A stretch of 64,000 nucleotides of DNA from Octopus sinensis (taxonomy: Eukaryota), in assembly GCF_006345805.1 (NCBI RefSeq), contig NC_043002.1, forward strand, positions 42,904,001 to 42,968,000. Direction: 5' to 3'. Shown in pieces: positions 37,536 through 50,661 of the stretch (the stretch's first letter is position 1; every line of letters starts with the position of its first letter). Made by a program: the position numbers and the translations under genes. The notes beneath the pieces were generated by a model, which saw only the letters and a list, made by a program, of their open reading frames with translations, searched no databases and was not told the origin of the DNA.

Positions 37536-37762
37536 TGAGGTGGGGGGTGAAAAGTTCCTGGCTTTGGGTAAAAGAAAATACAGGAGGATCAGTTAATTAT
37601 GATTTTATTGATTTTACTCAACATATTCCCCTCTCAGTTTCACACACTTATTGCAACGGTCCTTGAGTTTTTCTAAGCTTTGTAAAAGAGCTCGGAAGGT
37701 TAAGCCTCCAGCCAGGCCTTTCACGAAACCCTTAAAGCTAGGAACTTTTCAGCACCCCTTCG
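37536..37762 (-). mobile_element. Mariner-derived MITE (uninterrupted copy)
   Basis: TIRs GGGGGTGAAAAGTTCCTGGCTTT / AAAGCTAGGAACTTTTCAGCACCCC. The internal part corresponds to the transposase 3' end. Confidence 0.75.
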
Positions 37763-38395
37763 CGCTGTATGTGTGTATTTTGTAATACATCCATATCTAC
37801 TCACCCACAAAAAGCAAGCGGTGGCTTAAGACAAGATTACGTAACAACGGGAAAACATGATTGTACAACAGAGATGGGCGAGAGACAAAAAGAGGAAATG
37901 TGAGGGAGAAAAACAAACGAACCAAAGACTTAGAGACACTGAACATTAGAAAAGCTAAGACAGCAATAAACCCAAGGAGAGAGAAAATTAGTGATAAAGA
38001 GAGAGAGAGAGAGTGAGATAGGGAGAAGAGGGGGGCAAGGAAAGAAAGAGAGATGATGGGCCAACAAAGGCTAGTTTGAATGAGTATGGTAGGTATTTGA
38101 GGAGTTGGTGAGTAGAATAGAATATGAAGGTTGGTCATTCGTTGTACTTAAGATTTAGATGACACTCCCTGGTAGTGGTTTAAAATCAGTAGGTAAACAG
38201 AAATACTCACAAGTGAAAGAAGGCAGTCATAGGAAAATATTTCTACGCACCTTCCTTAATTTGGAACATTGTTGCTTACATGTATATATACGCATATTTC
38301 ACACACATACAAAAGCTTGAATGCATGCATACGTATGTGTGTAAACACACATTGCTACATTGATGATGTCTAAATTCTTGTGAGTGAGTTAGAAA

Positions 38396-38731
38396 CACTA
38401 GCGTAGCGGGGTGGGGTGGATATCCCCCCCCCCGGGCGGCACTTCAAAAGGGGCATCACTTTTGGGTCTGCTGTAAGCAATATGTGCACCGGGCGAAATG
38501 CTTAGCAGTATTTCGTCTGCGGTTACGTTCTGAGTTCAAATTCCGCCGAGGTCGACTTTGCCTTTCATCCTTTCGGGGTCGATTAAATAAGTACCAGTTA
38601 CGCACTGGGTCAATATAATTGACTTAATCCGTTTGTCCCCTCTGTGTTTAGCCCCTTGTGGGTTTCCGTGGGGTCCGAGGGCGGCAACGGAAGGGCCGCC
38701 CCGTGCGGCACACACACTAGCTACGCTAGTG
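38396..38731. mobile_element. GC-rich hAT-type MITE containing a truncated family B SINE (38487-38663)
   Basis: Perfect 12-bp TIRs CACTAGCGTAGC / GCTACGCTAGTG. The flanks GTTAGAAA / GTTGGGAG differ only by A/G transitions. Confidence 0.75.
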
Positions 38732-39063
38732 GTTGGGAGACCGACTCTTTCTTGGTAAGGAAAGAAGAATAAACACACACACACACACACACTTCAAGGA
38801 CATGCATCACAATTATTGCACACATTATCTGAGAATAAAATTGTTATTACGGAGATTTCCTTTTACTTTGTTTTTTGTTTTTGTAATTTTTTTTCTGAGA
38901 GGAGACAACTAAATATTATAAACACCTATACATATACATTGCACACATTTATATTTCACACACATTTTGTATGTACATATCACACAAATACACACGAAAT
39001 AAGTGACTCATTCCTGGATTCAAACGCACCGCCCTAACCTACGTATTCACCTTACGTGTGTTC

Positions 39064-39094
<31 letters not shown>

Positions 39095-40105
39095 CGTTCA
39101 TACCTACCTAACCACATATACATATACATACACGTATACAATAGATATAACACATTCCTGTCTCTACATATATACAAACGCACACCTACGCTCAACCGTA
39201 TGGTTTGAGTGTCCACCACTCCAAACAAAATAATGAATATATCTGGAATTATAGAACAACTTCCAACAACAAACTAAGGAGAACAGAGGAGTGGGAGGTG
39301 TTAAAAGGATTTCTTTGGATTGAATCATTGATTTACGGCTGCAAAGAGGAAATGAAATTGCAGTGCTTATGTATTTCTTAATGAGTTGTTGGTTTAGCCC
39401 AGGTCAGCTCTGTTCAAGCATTCCTATGATCAGAAGTAGTAAAGCTATGATTACTAGATCTTTGTAGAGGTATCTAGGACTGCATTATCAAATATTTTTC
39501 TCTTTTTTACCAGTTGAAGGGGATTTGGTTGCTACTTCTAGTAGGTCAAAACACCATGTACTGGCTCTCTTGTTGGCTGGTCTCTGAAGTGGTAAATGGG
39601 TTTGCATCATGATTTGACAGGATCTGGTTAGCTGCAGGGCTGCATCAAGCTCCAACATCACCTTTGGGTACAGTTTTTATGGCTTAGTGCCCTTCCTAAC
39701 ACCAAGAACTTCACAGTGTGTATTGGATGCTTTTTTTTTTTTTCGTGTCACCAGCACTAGTGAAGTTGCTGTTTTTCAATCAACTGAACCACAAATCTCA
39801 TTAAATTGGCATGTAAGTAGTCGAAGTCCACAGACTCATACACCATTAACATATACCTCAAGTTAGAATCAGTGTGATTAAGCTAGACCTTTAAATTAAA
39901 ACTACAGTCCATCTGATGGGCTTCTGCACAGTTTTGGACTACCCAGTTTTACTGTATTTACCTGAGGCCATTGGCAAAAAGACTCAAAAGACACAAGTAT
40001 GCCTAAGATGCTACACAGTAAGATTGAACCAGGGAACACATAACTGTGGAGCAAATTTCCTAACCTTTTAGTAACAAGACTTTCACACACACACTAATCC
40101 TAAAA

Positions 40106-40627
40106 CCGTAAATCTTCAAGTATAGTCTGCCCTTGAGTATAATACGCAGGGGATTTTTAGGGGGCTGTACATCCGAAAAACCTAATCCTCGTGTATAATA
40201 CGCACCCCTTCTCTAACTCGAGTTGCGCATAATTAAGCCAGCAGCACCTAGTCAAACAAACACTTTTGCGCATGCGTAATACAATAATAGTGATGTTCTC
40301 AACTGTTATATGGGAATGTAAATATGTTTGCAAATTGTTTTTGTTATATGTTATTCTGTTTTTTGAATACTTTTATTTTAATAAATGTTGCTTACTGCAA
40401 GTTATGGATGATTCTCTTATGACTTCATTGCTTTCAGGCTTAGCTTAAGATATTTTCGTGCCCGACATCACAAAATGCATCTGAATAAACATTGCCAGAG
40501 AGCAAATAAAGACTAGGACATTGCTTAGAAAATATTTTTCCTTTTTAACCTCGTATATAGAATGCACTAGGGATTTTGACCTTTAAATTTTGGGGAAAAA
40601 ATGCAGATTATCCTCGAGGATTTATGG
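40106..40627. mobile_element. Tc1/mariner (pogo/Tc2-like) MITE
   Basis: Termini CCGTAAATCTTCAAGTATA / TTATCCTCGAGGATTTATGG, followed by TA. Confidence 0.6.
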
Positions 40628-41115
40628 TAAATGGCACCTGCTGTGCCAGTGACATGTAAAAGGCACCAACTATACTCTGTGGAGTGGTTGTTTTAGGAAG
40701 AGCATCCAACCGTAGAAACCAAGCCAAAATAGATTGGAACCTGGTACAACTCTCTGGCTTATCAGTTCCAGCTTACCAACAGATGGCCTAGCATATTATG
40801 TGTCACCTTTTACAACTTGAAGAATACTATAGTACCAGATTGTCTATAAATAAGAAGGGAGGACCATGGTTGGAATGCTGCAATCATAGGTGTGTTTGTA
40901 CAGAAATGTCTTTTCAGTATCATGTTAGTATTCCTACAAATAACACAAAAAGAATTCTATTCTATTCAATTTTATTTGTCATTGATAATTTCTATGGAGA
41001 TAAAGAACCTGCTCTGCAAGTCATTGAAATGGCATTTTATTTTATAATAATACCATTCATAATACAAGTTAACTTATATACTCACCACCAACATATATCA
41101 TTGTTATTCCTTTTA

Positions 41116-41168
<53 letters not shown>

Positions 41169-43224
41169 TGTGTATAATGCATGAAGCATTCCACACAAGC
41201 CACATAAGTCCTTAAAGAATAACAATGGTATGTGTTGGGTTTTTTATACATACACACGCATGCACACACACACACACACACACACACACAAGAAAAATAA
41301 TTTTTTTGTGAATTCAAATAAACACACCCAAATATATGCATACATACATGCCACACTTATAAAGTGTTATTCTATAGCATTTGCACACGTGCAAACACAC
41401 ACAGTTGCTTTGCTGCATAAGCTAGGCAAATCTCCACCCAAACTATCCACTTACACTCCACCAGTCTCAACAATGTGCTCACATATACCCAAGTATAAAA
41501 GCACTTCTAGTCGCTTCAAATCAAAAAGGCCATTGGTACGGCTGTGCGCATCAAAGCTAACCCGAATCCTTACAAACTCTTTCTCTCTCTACCCACCTCA
41601 TACAAATATGCAATTACTACATATATTGATTTCAAATTTTGGCGCAAAGCCAGCAATTTGAGGGAGTGGGTAAGTCAGTTACATCGACCCCAGCACTCAA
41701 CTGGTACTTGTTTTATCAACCCCAAAAGGATGAAAGGCAAAGTGAACCTCAGTGGAATTTGAACTCAGAACATGAAGACAAATGAAATGCCACAAACATT
41801 TTGCTCAGCATGTTACCAGTTCTGCCAGCTTGTCACCTTAATTACTACATATATTAAGAAAACATTATCACTTCCTATCTACCTTCAAGTTGAACAGCAC
41901 ACAACTAGAGCTTTCAAAGTCACTGCTATAATGTTTGGTCTCATCATCACTGAGGATCTCCTCTGACGAATGCACATATTCAGTATAAAGGAAATTGTGT
42001 CACAAAAATTAACCCTTTTCTTCAGCACTGGAAAATATTATTTGCTATATTGTTAAGAAGCTTGTTTCCCAACCTTGTAGTCTTGGGTTGTCTCCCTGCA
42101 TAGCAGCTTGAGCAAATGTCTAAATATTTTTTACTAGAGCCCTAGGCTGATCAAAGTTTGCGAGTAGATGTGGTAGAGAGAAACTGAAAGAAGCCCGTTG
42201 TATGTATGTATGCATGCATGTATGTATGTATATATATGTAAGTAAGTCTAAGGTCCTGTGGTAGGGTGTAAAGTTAGGGTATTTCCAACAAATCCAGAAT
42301 TCCTCAGGTGTAGAAAATCCAAGTTTCATGACAGTCACACCGTAAAGTGGGTTTGATGAAGAGAAAATAATGTGTATATGTGTGTGTGTCTACCCTTATC
42401 CTGACATTACATGATGGTTGTAAATGAGCATCACTGTTATACAAGTGACATATATTTCCAGTCTTCCATAAAAAAACATTTCTGGTCCTGGAGAAATATT
42501 ACTTTGCTTGGAAACTGAGGGTTCGCAATCCAGCCATAGAAAATTTACCTCAATAAATTCCATCTGATCCACGCAAGCATGAAAAAGTGGACATTGAATG
42601 AGAACGGTAAAAGCCTCAGTGAGGCCTACATACAGATACACATACACACATTCACATACTCACATTAAGATTTTTATTTCACCAAGTACCTATTCATTAT
42701 TAGAAGGCATTTTATGGAACAAGTTAATTACAGATGTCATTCAATCAAAAAAGATATCACTACAGACTGTTTCCACACTAAATAGAGGCCAACATCCCGC
42801 TCATATGTACACATTGTTGAATGGCCATTGACTACTCATGAGTTCCTCTGCCCTTTGATGGGACTTATTTTTCATCTTGCAAGTTGTCCAACAATCACCC
42901 TCCTCACCAAGCAAGCTCAGTGAGGTTGCCAGTTCCAGTTTCATTGCTGACGACCCAACTAGGTGACAGGTGGGTTACATGTTACCAGAAGTTCTCAAAA
43001 GTGACCTGAAGTGGAAGCATCCAAATTAGTCTTGTGGAACCCACTTCATGGTGATGTAAGCAGAGGAAAACATCATCATCACAATTACATTGACAACTTA
43101 ATTGCAGACATTGGCCTAGAATGTATCCAGGACCTCGAGGCAGTGATGTTGGACCGAGAAGTGTAGTGGGTAGACTTTGTTGCTGTGCCCCAGCTTATAA
43201 CCCAACAATAACAATAATAATTAA

Positions 43225-43598
43225 TTCTTTTATTGGCCACAAGGGCTGACAAAAATCAATTATGACATAAAGGGACAAAACAGGATGAAAGGTTACAAAG
43301 GGTTTTGTCCGTTTGTAAAATCGAGTAAAAAACAGTTTAACAACGAAAGATTATAATAATGAAAAATTCCCAATAGGGGGAGGCGTTACGAAAGGTTCCT
43401 GGTGGAAAAAACCCATAAAAGCCAACGGGAGCCTGGTCAAAAAGTGGGGTAGAGAGCCCCTTTCTCCTGTTGTAATACCTTGTCAAATTACAGGTGTATC
43501 CTCAGAATGGCTCCTTTCATACTAGCCATTCTTGCGACATTTATCCACCTTTCATTAAACTTGCTATCGGACAGCACTTCCCTCTCTACTCTCATCTT
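43225..43598 (-). pseudogene. 3' end of a 5'-truncated Tx1/L1-like LINE (ORF2 C-terminus and 3' UTR)
   Basis: Minus frame KMRVEREVLSDSKFNERWINVARMASMKGAILRIHL* (stop at 43488-43490), resembling the Tx1-type 'R..E......F..RW' end. About 260 nt of UTR follow, ending CCCTTGTGGCCAATAAAAGAA. Confidence 0.6.
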
Positions 43599-44005
43599 AG
43601 GGCAAGTTAGAATGACAGACCCCATTCCAATATAACCTATATCCATTAGCTGAAGGTATTGAACTTACCATTGGAAAGGTTGAATTCAACACTGCAAGCT
43701 AAGACAAACACTTAAAACTTTACATCATCATTACACATGGGAGTTGAATTGTTGTAAATGTGAGTATATATTTACAGCAGTGAAGGCACATGGCCAAGTG
43801 GTTACAGTGTTGAGCTCACAGTCAGGAGGATGTGAGTTCAATTCCAAGACCAAGTAGTATATTATTGTTTAGCTCCATATCAGTCCTGACTGAAATAACC
43901 TATGCTCAAAGGCTTTCCACCAGTGACTGTCTTGTCTTTTATCCAGATAGCATATTTAGGACTATGGTATCCAAGTGGTCCTCCATTTCTTATTAAACAG
44001 TAGTA

Positions 44006-44460
44006 CAGGTCGTCATCGATTTACGGCCACAATTCCTTCCAACTGACTGGTTGGAAGTCAATTTGGTTGCAAGTTGGCCTATAAGCCTACATAGCTTTGT
44101 TTTATATTTTTACATTCTTAAGGTACATTCTCTAAACGTCACACACAGCATTCTGTATTATATTATTATACTAGCATTAGTAAAAAATTTCGGAGTCTCA
44201 AGCAGTCATCTTATAAACAAATACAAGGTTGCTTTAATGTCTCCACAACAGGATAGTAATCGAACACAGTGGTGATCGATAACCAAACCTAAGGGAAGCA
44301 TTTGTTAGCTGACATTGTCCATAGACAAGTTAATTTATAATAAATTAAACCCATTAGATTTCAGCTGGACTATTTATTATTGCTGCCAGGAGCTGGCATG
44401 CCAATCGTTGTAAAGCTGATTAGTTGTAAGTCAGATAGGTTGTATGCCGACGACAACCTG
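44006..44460. mobile_element. Tigger/pogo-like MITE with TA TSD
   Basis: TA|CAGGTCGTCATCGATTTAC ... GTATGCCGACGACAACCTG|TA. Confidence 0.65.
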
Positions 44461-44603
44461 TATATGATCTCCACTTTAGCAGAAGGAACTATCATAATTC
44501 AGCAAGATGCGTGCCAGGATTGGCAAAAGTTGTTAGAGTGATACAGAACAGAATAATCACCATCACACTCAACATTGTCACTGTCATCAATTTAAGATCC
44601 ACA

Positions 44604-45020
44604 AGGCGGCGAGCTGGCAGAAGCGTTAGCACGCTGGGTGAAATGCATAGCCGTATTTCATCCGCCGTTACGTTCTGAGTTCAAATTCCGCCGAGGTCGA
44701 CTTTGCCTTTCATCCTTTCGGGATCGATAAATTAAGTGTCAGTTATGCACTGTGGTCGATGTAATCGACTTAATCTGTTTATCTGTCCTTGTTTGTCCCC
44801 TCTGTGTTTAGCCCCTTGTGGGTAGTAAAGAAATAGGTATTTCATCTGAGCATTACATTCTGAGTTCAAATTCCGCCGAGGTTGACTTTGCCTTTCATCC
44901 TTTCGGGGTCGATAAATTAAGTACCAGTTACACACTGGGGTCGATGTAATCGACTTAATCCATTTGTCTGTCCTTGTTTGTCCCCTCTGTGTTTAGCCCC
45001 TTGTGGGTAGTAAAGAAATA
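44604..45020 (+). mobile_element. Family B SINE head-to-tail dimer with one 19-bp TSD
   Basis: Full copy 44604-44834 plus a 5'-truncated copy 44835-45020. TCATCAATTTAA(G/C)ATCCAC occurs at 44584-44602 and 45023-45041. Confidence 0.85.
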
Positions 45021-47029
45021 TATCATCAATTTAACATCCACGTTTCTGATCTAGCAAATGGGGCTTCATATCAGTGAGGGTGGGTCCAGTGCACAATGAT
45101 ACAAAACGGCACACAGTCTCACCTGATGACCCCCAAAACCTTGCTAGCATCCAGTATGCAGAGCTTTCAACTGGTAGCACTTGCATCTGCAAGTTGTTTT
45201 CAAAAAAATCATGTAGGAATATATTATCTAATATATCAAGAGATGGTGAGTGAAATATGGGGAGTATGTATTTGGCTACTATATCTGCCAGGTCAAATGC
45301 CCACATAGAAGACCCTTCCATCAGTCTACAAAACAGAATAGTTATTGATTGATGACAACAGCTTGCCACACCAGTAAAGTGCAGTAGTATTGGTAATGGA
45401 AATACTAAGAGTTTCTTTTGATGGGGTAGTCAGCTACAGCTGACTACTGCATCTTGTGAGAGAGGAAGAGATGAGGAAACGGTATCACTGACAAATGCAT
45501 GAGTGCTATACAGTTAGTATTTAGTGCTAAGTTCAAATCCCCCTCTCCACAAATAATATTTAGAAATGAATAGGCTCAGGTGTGAGGGTACAGGGATTAA
45601 TTTTAGATACATGACATGAAGACATCTTAATAAGGAATACACCTTTGACATTTCAAGTCACCACCAGAGGTGGGTGGAGAAGGCAAGTATTCTGAGAGAC
45701 AGCTGCACACCTACAAAAGATGGTAAAATTTTCTTCATAATAATTCTCTTCTAATTTTCTGTCATTATATAATCTGGTTATAATATGCTTCCAAATCTAA
45801 TAATACACACTCAGAAAGAGGGATTAAGTCAAGGATAAAATCACATTATGCACAGAAATTACTTTGATAGTTGAAGACATGGCAGTGTGATAGGGAGTTT
45901 GCTTTCTAACCACTGGGTTTTAAATTCAGTCCCAGTGCCTGGCACTTTGACAAGTGTCTTCTACTATAACCCCAGGCCAACCAAAGCCTTGTGAGTAGAT
46001 TTAGTAGATGGAAACTGAGAAAAATCCTCTTTATATATATATACACACACACACACATACATACATATACACATATGTATATTCACATACACACAGTATA
46101 GTTTTCTAGATATATAATACATACATAAATGTTTTAAATGTTTATTGAGAACTATCAACACCTTTTCTCTATAGATTTCCTGAAGAAGGGATCCTAATTA
46201 TGAAATATAAAAATATCAGGTAATAGTACTAATCATTGATCAGTACTTTTAATTTTTAACCTGCATTGTTTTACTTCAGAAACAAAATATATATATATAT
46301 TTAAAATGCACGTGTGTGCATGTGATTTTGTGTTAGTGTCTATTCCCCTATAATTTGGCAACCTGTGTTAGAGTGTTGACATTTCCTAACTTAGTGGTTT
46401 GGCAAAAAAGACTGATAGCATAAGTACCAAACTTTAAAAAGATAAGAACTGAGCGTGATTTGATCAATAAGATCACTTTAAGATGGTGCCCCAGCATGGC
46501 CGCAGTCCAATGACTGAAACAAATAAAAGATAAAAAGAGAGAGTAAAAGTGTATATTGGTTCTTGAGAACCATTTAAGCGAGAGTAATCAGTCCAAGCAC
46601 AGTAGCACACACCCTGGAATAACTATATACCATTGCAGGATAAGTGACACATACATGCACATGCATGCAAGTGCAAACATATACATTCACACTCACATGC
46701 ATGTACAAGTATACACACACATACACACACATGTGTGAATGTATAAACATATACACACACGAATGGATGTACACATTTAAACACTTCCAACACAAACAAA
46801 GATGTAAAAGATAGTTGTTAATTATGAAATTACGAAGTGAAATAGCAGGTTAGAACTTACACATGCTGGTGTTACGTCCTAGCTATCTGTCTGACTTGTT
46901 TGCACTAATGGCAAGAACAAACTACTCTACTGTAACAAGATACATGTCAGAATCCTCACATCCTGCTACCTATCACATATCAGAGAGGGAGAAAAAGTTG
47001 AAATACAGTTGACAGAAGAAGCATTTGGG

Positions 47030-47555
47030 TGGGGATGAGGATGAGGAAAAGAGATGGTGAGGGTAAGGTTAAGGAGATTATGGTAAGAAGAGAAAGTGAG
47101 ACTAGGGTAAAAAAAAAAAAAAGAATAAGGTTAATGAGAGGGTGAGGCTAAAGAAAAAGAGGTGAAGTGAAAGAAAAGAGGGGTTAAGCTAGTGAGAAGA
47201 AGGGGTAGGCTAAAGATAAGAGGATAGGTTAAAAAGAGGGAGAGAGAGAGAGAGATAGAGCTAGGCAAAAGAGGAAAGGGGGAGGTTAATAAAGAGAGAG
47301 AGTGGACTAAAGAGAATAGAGGATAGGCTAAGAGAAGAGAGAGAATGGGCTAAACAGAATAGGGGGTAGGCTAATAGAAGAGAGAGAGAGTGGGCTAAAG
47401 AGAATAAGGGGTAGGCTAATAGAGGACAGGTAGGCTGAGAAGAGAGGGTGTGGACTAAAGAGAAGAGGGGTAAGCTAACGAAAAAAGGGATAGGCTAATG
47501 AAAAGAGAGTTTTCTAAAAAGAAAAGGGGTAGGCTAAAGAGAAGAAAAAAAGTGG
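47030..47555. repeat. Degenerate purine-rich minisatellite (GGCTAAAGAGAAGAGGGGGTA-like)
   Basis: Recurrent GGCTAA/GGTTAA cores separated by A/G runs. Confidence 0.7.
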
Positions 47556-47967
47556 GCATAATGTTACCACAATATGATCTAATAACCTCAGTGTCAGACC
47601 ATCTCAGAGATAAGTGAGTGCTTGCTTGCCATCGAAGAAATAAATCCCTGAAGCAAAATAACAACTTCAAGTAACTTGAATTTGATGCTTTGGTCCCTTG
47701 AGTATTGCAGGTACCCAGTGTAATTAGATGTCACCCTTGATAACTGTCTCAATTTCAAGATCCACATCCAGAAGGTGAAAGCAAAAATGAGTGCTGGCAG
47801 CATTGTCAATAAGCTCACAAGCAAAAAGCAACCTCCAATTCCTCAGACCTTTATTTCAACTGCCCTAATCCACTGCAACTGCATAGATGAGTGCACCAGC
47901 CCAGTATGGAAAGATCTACTATGCTGAGCAGCTAAATCTACCCCCATAATGTTTTCTGTCGACTGAT

Positions 47968-48448
47968 CACAGTGTAACAAACTTTTTATGCCTTTGGTCA
48001 GCAAGTATTATTTCCTATTTGCTTCATTCTAGAAATCAAAGGAAATTACTACTATTTCCTTTCAAACTTTGCTTTTGTGACCTGGACATCAGTGTTTTGA
48101 AGCTCACCTACTTTCCACTACATTTCAGACAGATTCAGCACTGAATTACTGAAGCAGAAATATCGTTATAGCAAATATTCTACTCAATACCACAGATTTG
48201 CTTGTCAGTTGCTTGACCTTAACCACTTGAGCATGTCCCTTAGTGGCTGACAATATGTGCATCTCTGATCATGAGCAGGAATAGTGGGAGAGCATCATAG
48301 CCACATGCTTTGAGGAATTCTTTGGGGTTTGAATAAATGTAACAAAGGCAAAGTATGAAGGAAATATTAACCATTTATCATGCTTCTATGGATAAGCAAA
48401 GAGGAAATAACAGTTGCTACCCAAGGACAAAAATCATGTTACACAGTG
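47968..48448. mobile_element. MITE with imperfect TIRs of about 110 bp
   Basis: CACAGTGTAACA...AGCAAGTATTATTTCCTATTTGCTT...CTTTGCTTTTGTGAC aligns to the reverse complement of 48340-48448. Confidence 0.65.
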
Positions 48449-48729
48449 TCATAGATCAATGGACATCATCTCAGTATTCTAGCAGGCATAGCCCCACCAG
48501 CCATTAGATAAGCACCAAGTATAGAAAAAGATCGTCAGCAGTATTAAATACATAATTGACATCCTACGTTTGACCAAAAAGCAATTCACTATTGCCTGAA
48601 GTCAAGGAAAAACTTCCTTAAATGTATCATTACCCTTCAGACTGACAACACAACAAGAGTGGAAAAACTGACTTTGCGAGAAGAAAGACACAACAGCCTC
48701 CTATTCTCAACATCATAATCGTCATTGAA

Positions 48730-48960
48730 AGGCTGCAAGCTGGCAGAAACGTTAGCACGCCGGGCGAAATGCATAGCCATATTTCGTCTGCCGTTACATT
48801 CTTAGTTCAAATTCCGCCGAGGTCGACTTTGCCTTTCATCCTTTCGGGTTCGATAAATTAAGTACCAGTTACGCACTGGGGTCGATGTAATCAACTTAAC
48901 CCCTTTGTATGCCCTTGTTTGTCCCCTCTATGTTTAGCCCCTTGTGGGTAATAAAGAAAC
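48730..48960 (+). mobile_element. SINE family B, full length with TSD
   Basis: Matches 44604-44834. CATAATC(G/A)TCATT occurs at 48714-48726 and 48962-48974. Confidence 0.85.
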
Positions 48961-50661
48961 ACATAATCATCATTTAATGTCTACTTTTCCTTGCTTGCAT
49001 GGGTCAGATGGAATTCATTGAGGCAGATTGTCTATGATGAGATGACTCCTGTTGCCAACCCTCACTTCTTTCCAAGCAAAGTAATATTTCCCCATGAGCA
49101 GACAGGTTTTTCATGGCAGACTGCAAATGAACAACCTCACTTGTATGACAGTGATGCTCATTTACAATCATCATGTAATGCCTAAACAAAGGTTCACTCA
49201 CACACAACAACAGGCTTCTTTTGGCTTCTGTCTACCAAAACCACTCACAAAGCTTTGATCAGCCAAGGTCTACAGTAGAAGACACTTTCCCAGTGTGCCA
49301 TGCAGAGGAACTGAACCAACATGGCTGGGAAGTAAACCTTTTTACTATACAGCTACACCTGTACCAACAACAATGAAAATTGCACTAAGTGAACAGCTAC
49401 CACTGAGTACAGATGCAGGCATGATAAAGTGGAAATATCATAATCAGCTGATTACCAGAGTTGGCAGAGCCAAGGTGACATTCAGCAAATAGAGAAACAG
49501 CTTCTGCAATGACATCATATGTAACTTTGATACCAGGGAACCACAGACTAGGGAACCTGTTGAGAAGCCCTTTAATGTAAGAACCCTGTTATGAATAATG
49601 AAGATGTAGGAAAAGTGAGTTTGAGTGTGTATATGTATGCATATATATGCATTTATATTTATTATCATATTTATACACATACAAATATACTTAGTATATA
49701 TAATATATATGCACAAATATTTAGTATACCCACACATTCTTATACACATACAGTATACACACACACATACACATAGTATAAACACACATAAACAAAGCAT
49801 ATACACACACACTCATATATACATTGAAAACACACACACACACATAATATACATAGTATACACACACAAGTGAGAAAGTGTTGAAAACTGGTATGTCAAG
49901 ACTATACAGAAATGCAAGGACGTCCAAGACCAGTAAAAGTGAGTGACCTAATTCTAAAAATAAGAAAAAAAACATACAAAAACCAGTATATGTGACCTGA
50001 AAACAGATGAAGTACAGTTAATTAACTGTAGTAATAACTAAGGGGTATGACAATAATTATCCTCTTCAACTCTCCCTGCCTCCCCCCTCAACTCATGCAT
50101 CATTAGTCACACCTCACTACATCCACCCTTCGACCCCAACAGATCTTTACATTTGTTGCCTGATAACCTTCACTCACACTTGCAACCTCTACCCACCTAT
50201 GTTTCTGGTTCCTCTGTCCCCACTCACCTCCTACCTTGAGAATCCATTGGAATGAACATCTCACCACCACAATTTTTATCTCTTTCCAGCTCCACCCAAT
50301 CACTCTCACCTACTCTTCTAAAATGTGGGTAGTCATGTAGCTCTTTTACCACAAGAAATCTGACCTGCTCAGGTCACTTCTTCCATATTTTAACCCTTCA
50401 TCTCCCAGTATAAACCACCCCACCTCAGGGCTTGTAGTTTTGAAAGTCAGATGGTAACATCACTAGTGCTGGTGGTATGAAAAAAAAAAAATCACCCAAT
50501 ACATGCTGTAAAGTGATTGGTATTGGAAAGGGCATTTAATTATAGGAACCATAGCAGAGCATAATGCAGTCCTCGGGCCCATCAGATCTTATCAAACCAT
50601 CCAACCTATGCAAGCATGGAACATGAGCATTAAATGATAATGATTAATATGAGTATATTGA

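Larger units (their letters stand above)
47650..49590 (+). pseudogene. Decayed I-group (Ingi/Vingi-like) LINE 3' part, broken by nested insertions
   Basis: Dispersed motifs LDVTLDNCLNFKIHIQK, PVW, ILAGIAPPAIR, LKSRK.F and QLITRVGRAK..FSK in pieces at about 47650-47967, 48449-48700 and 49380-49590. Confidence 0.55.

Noticed and set aside
46861-46929. Minus-strand exon candidate (ttgttacAG ... GTaagt)
   Set aside because: Stops in all three frames.
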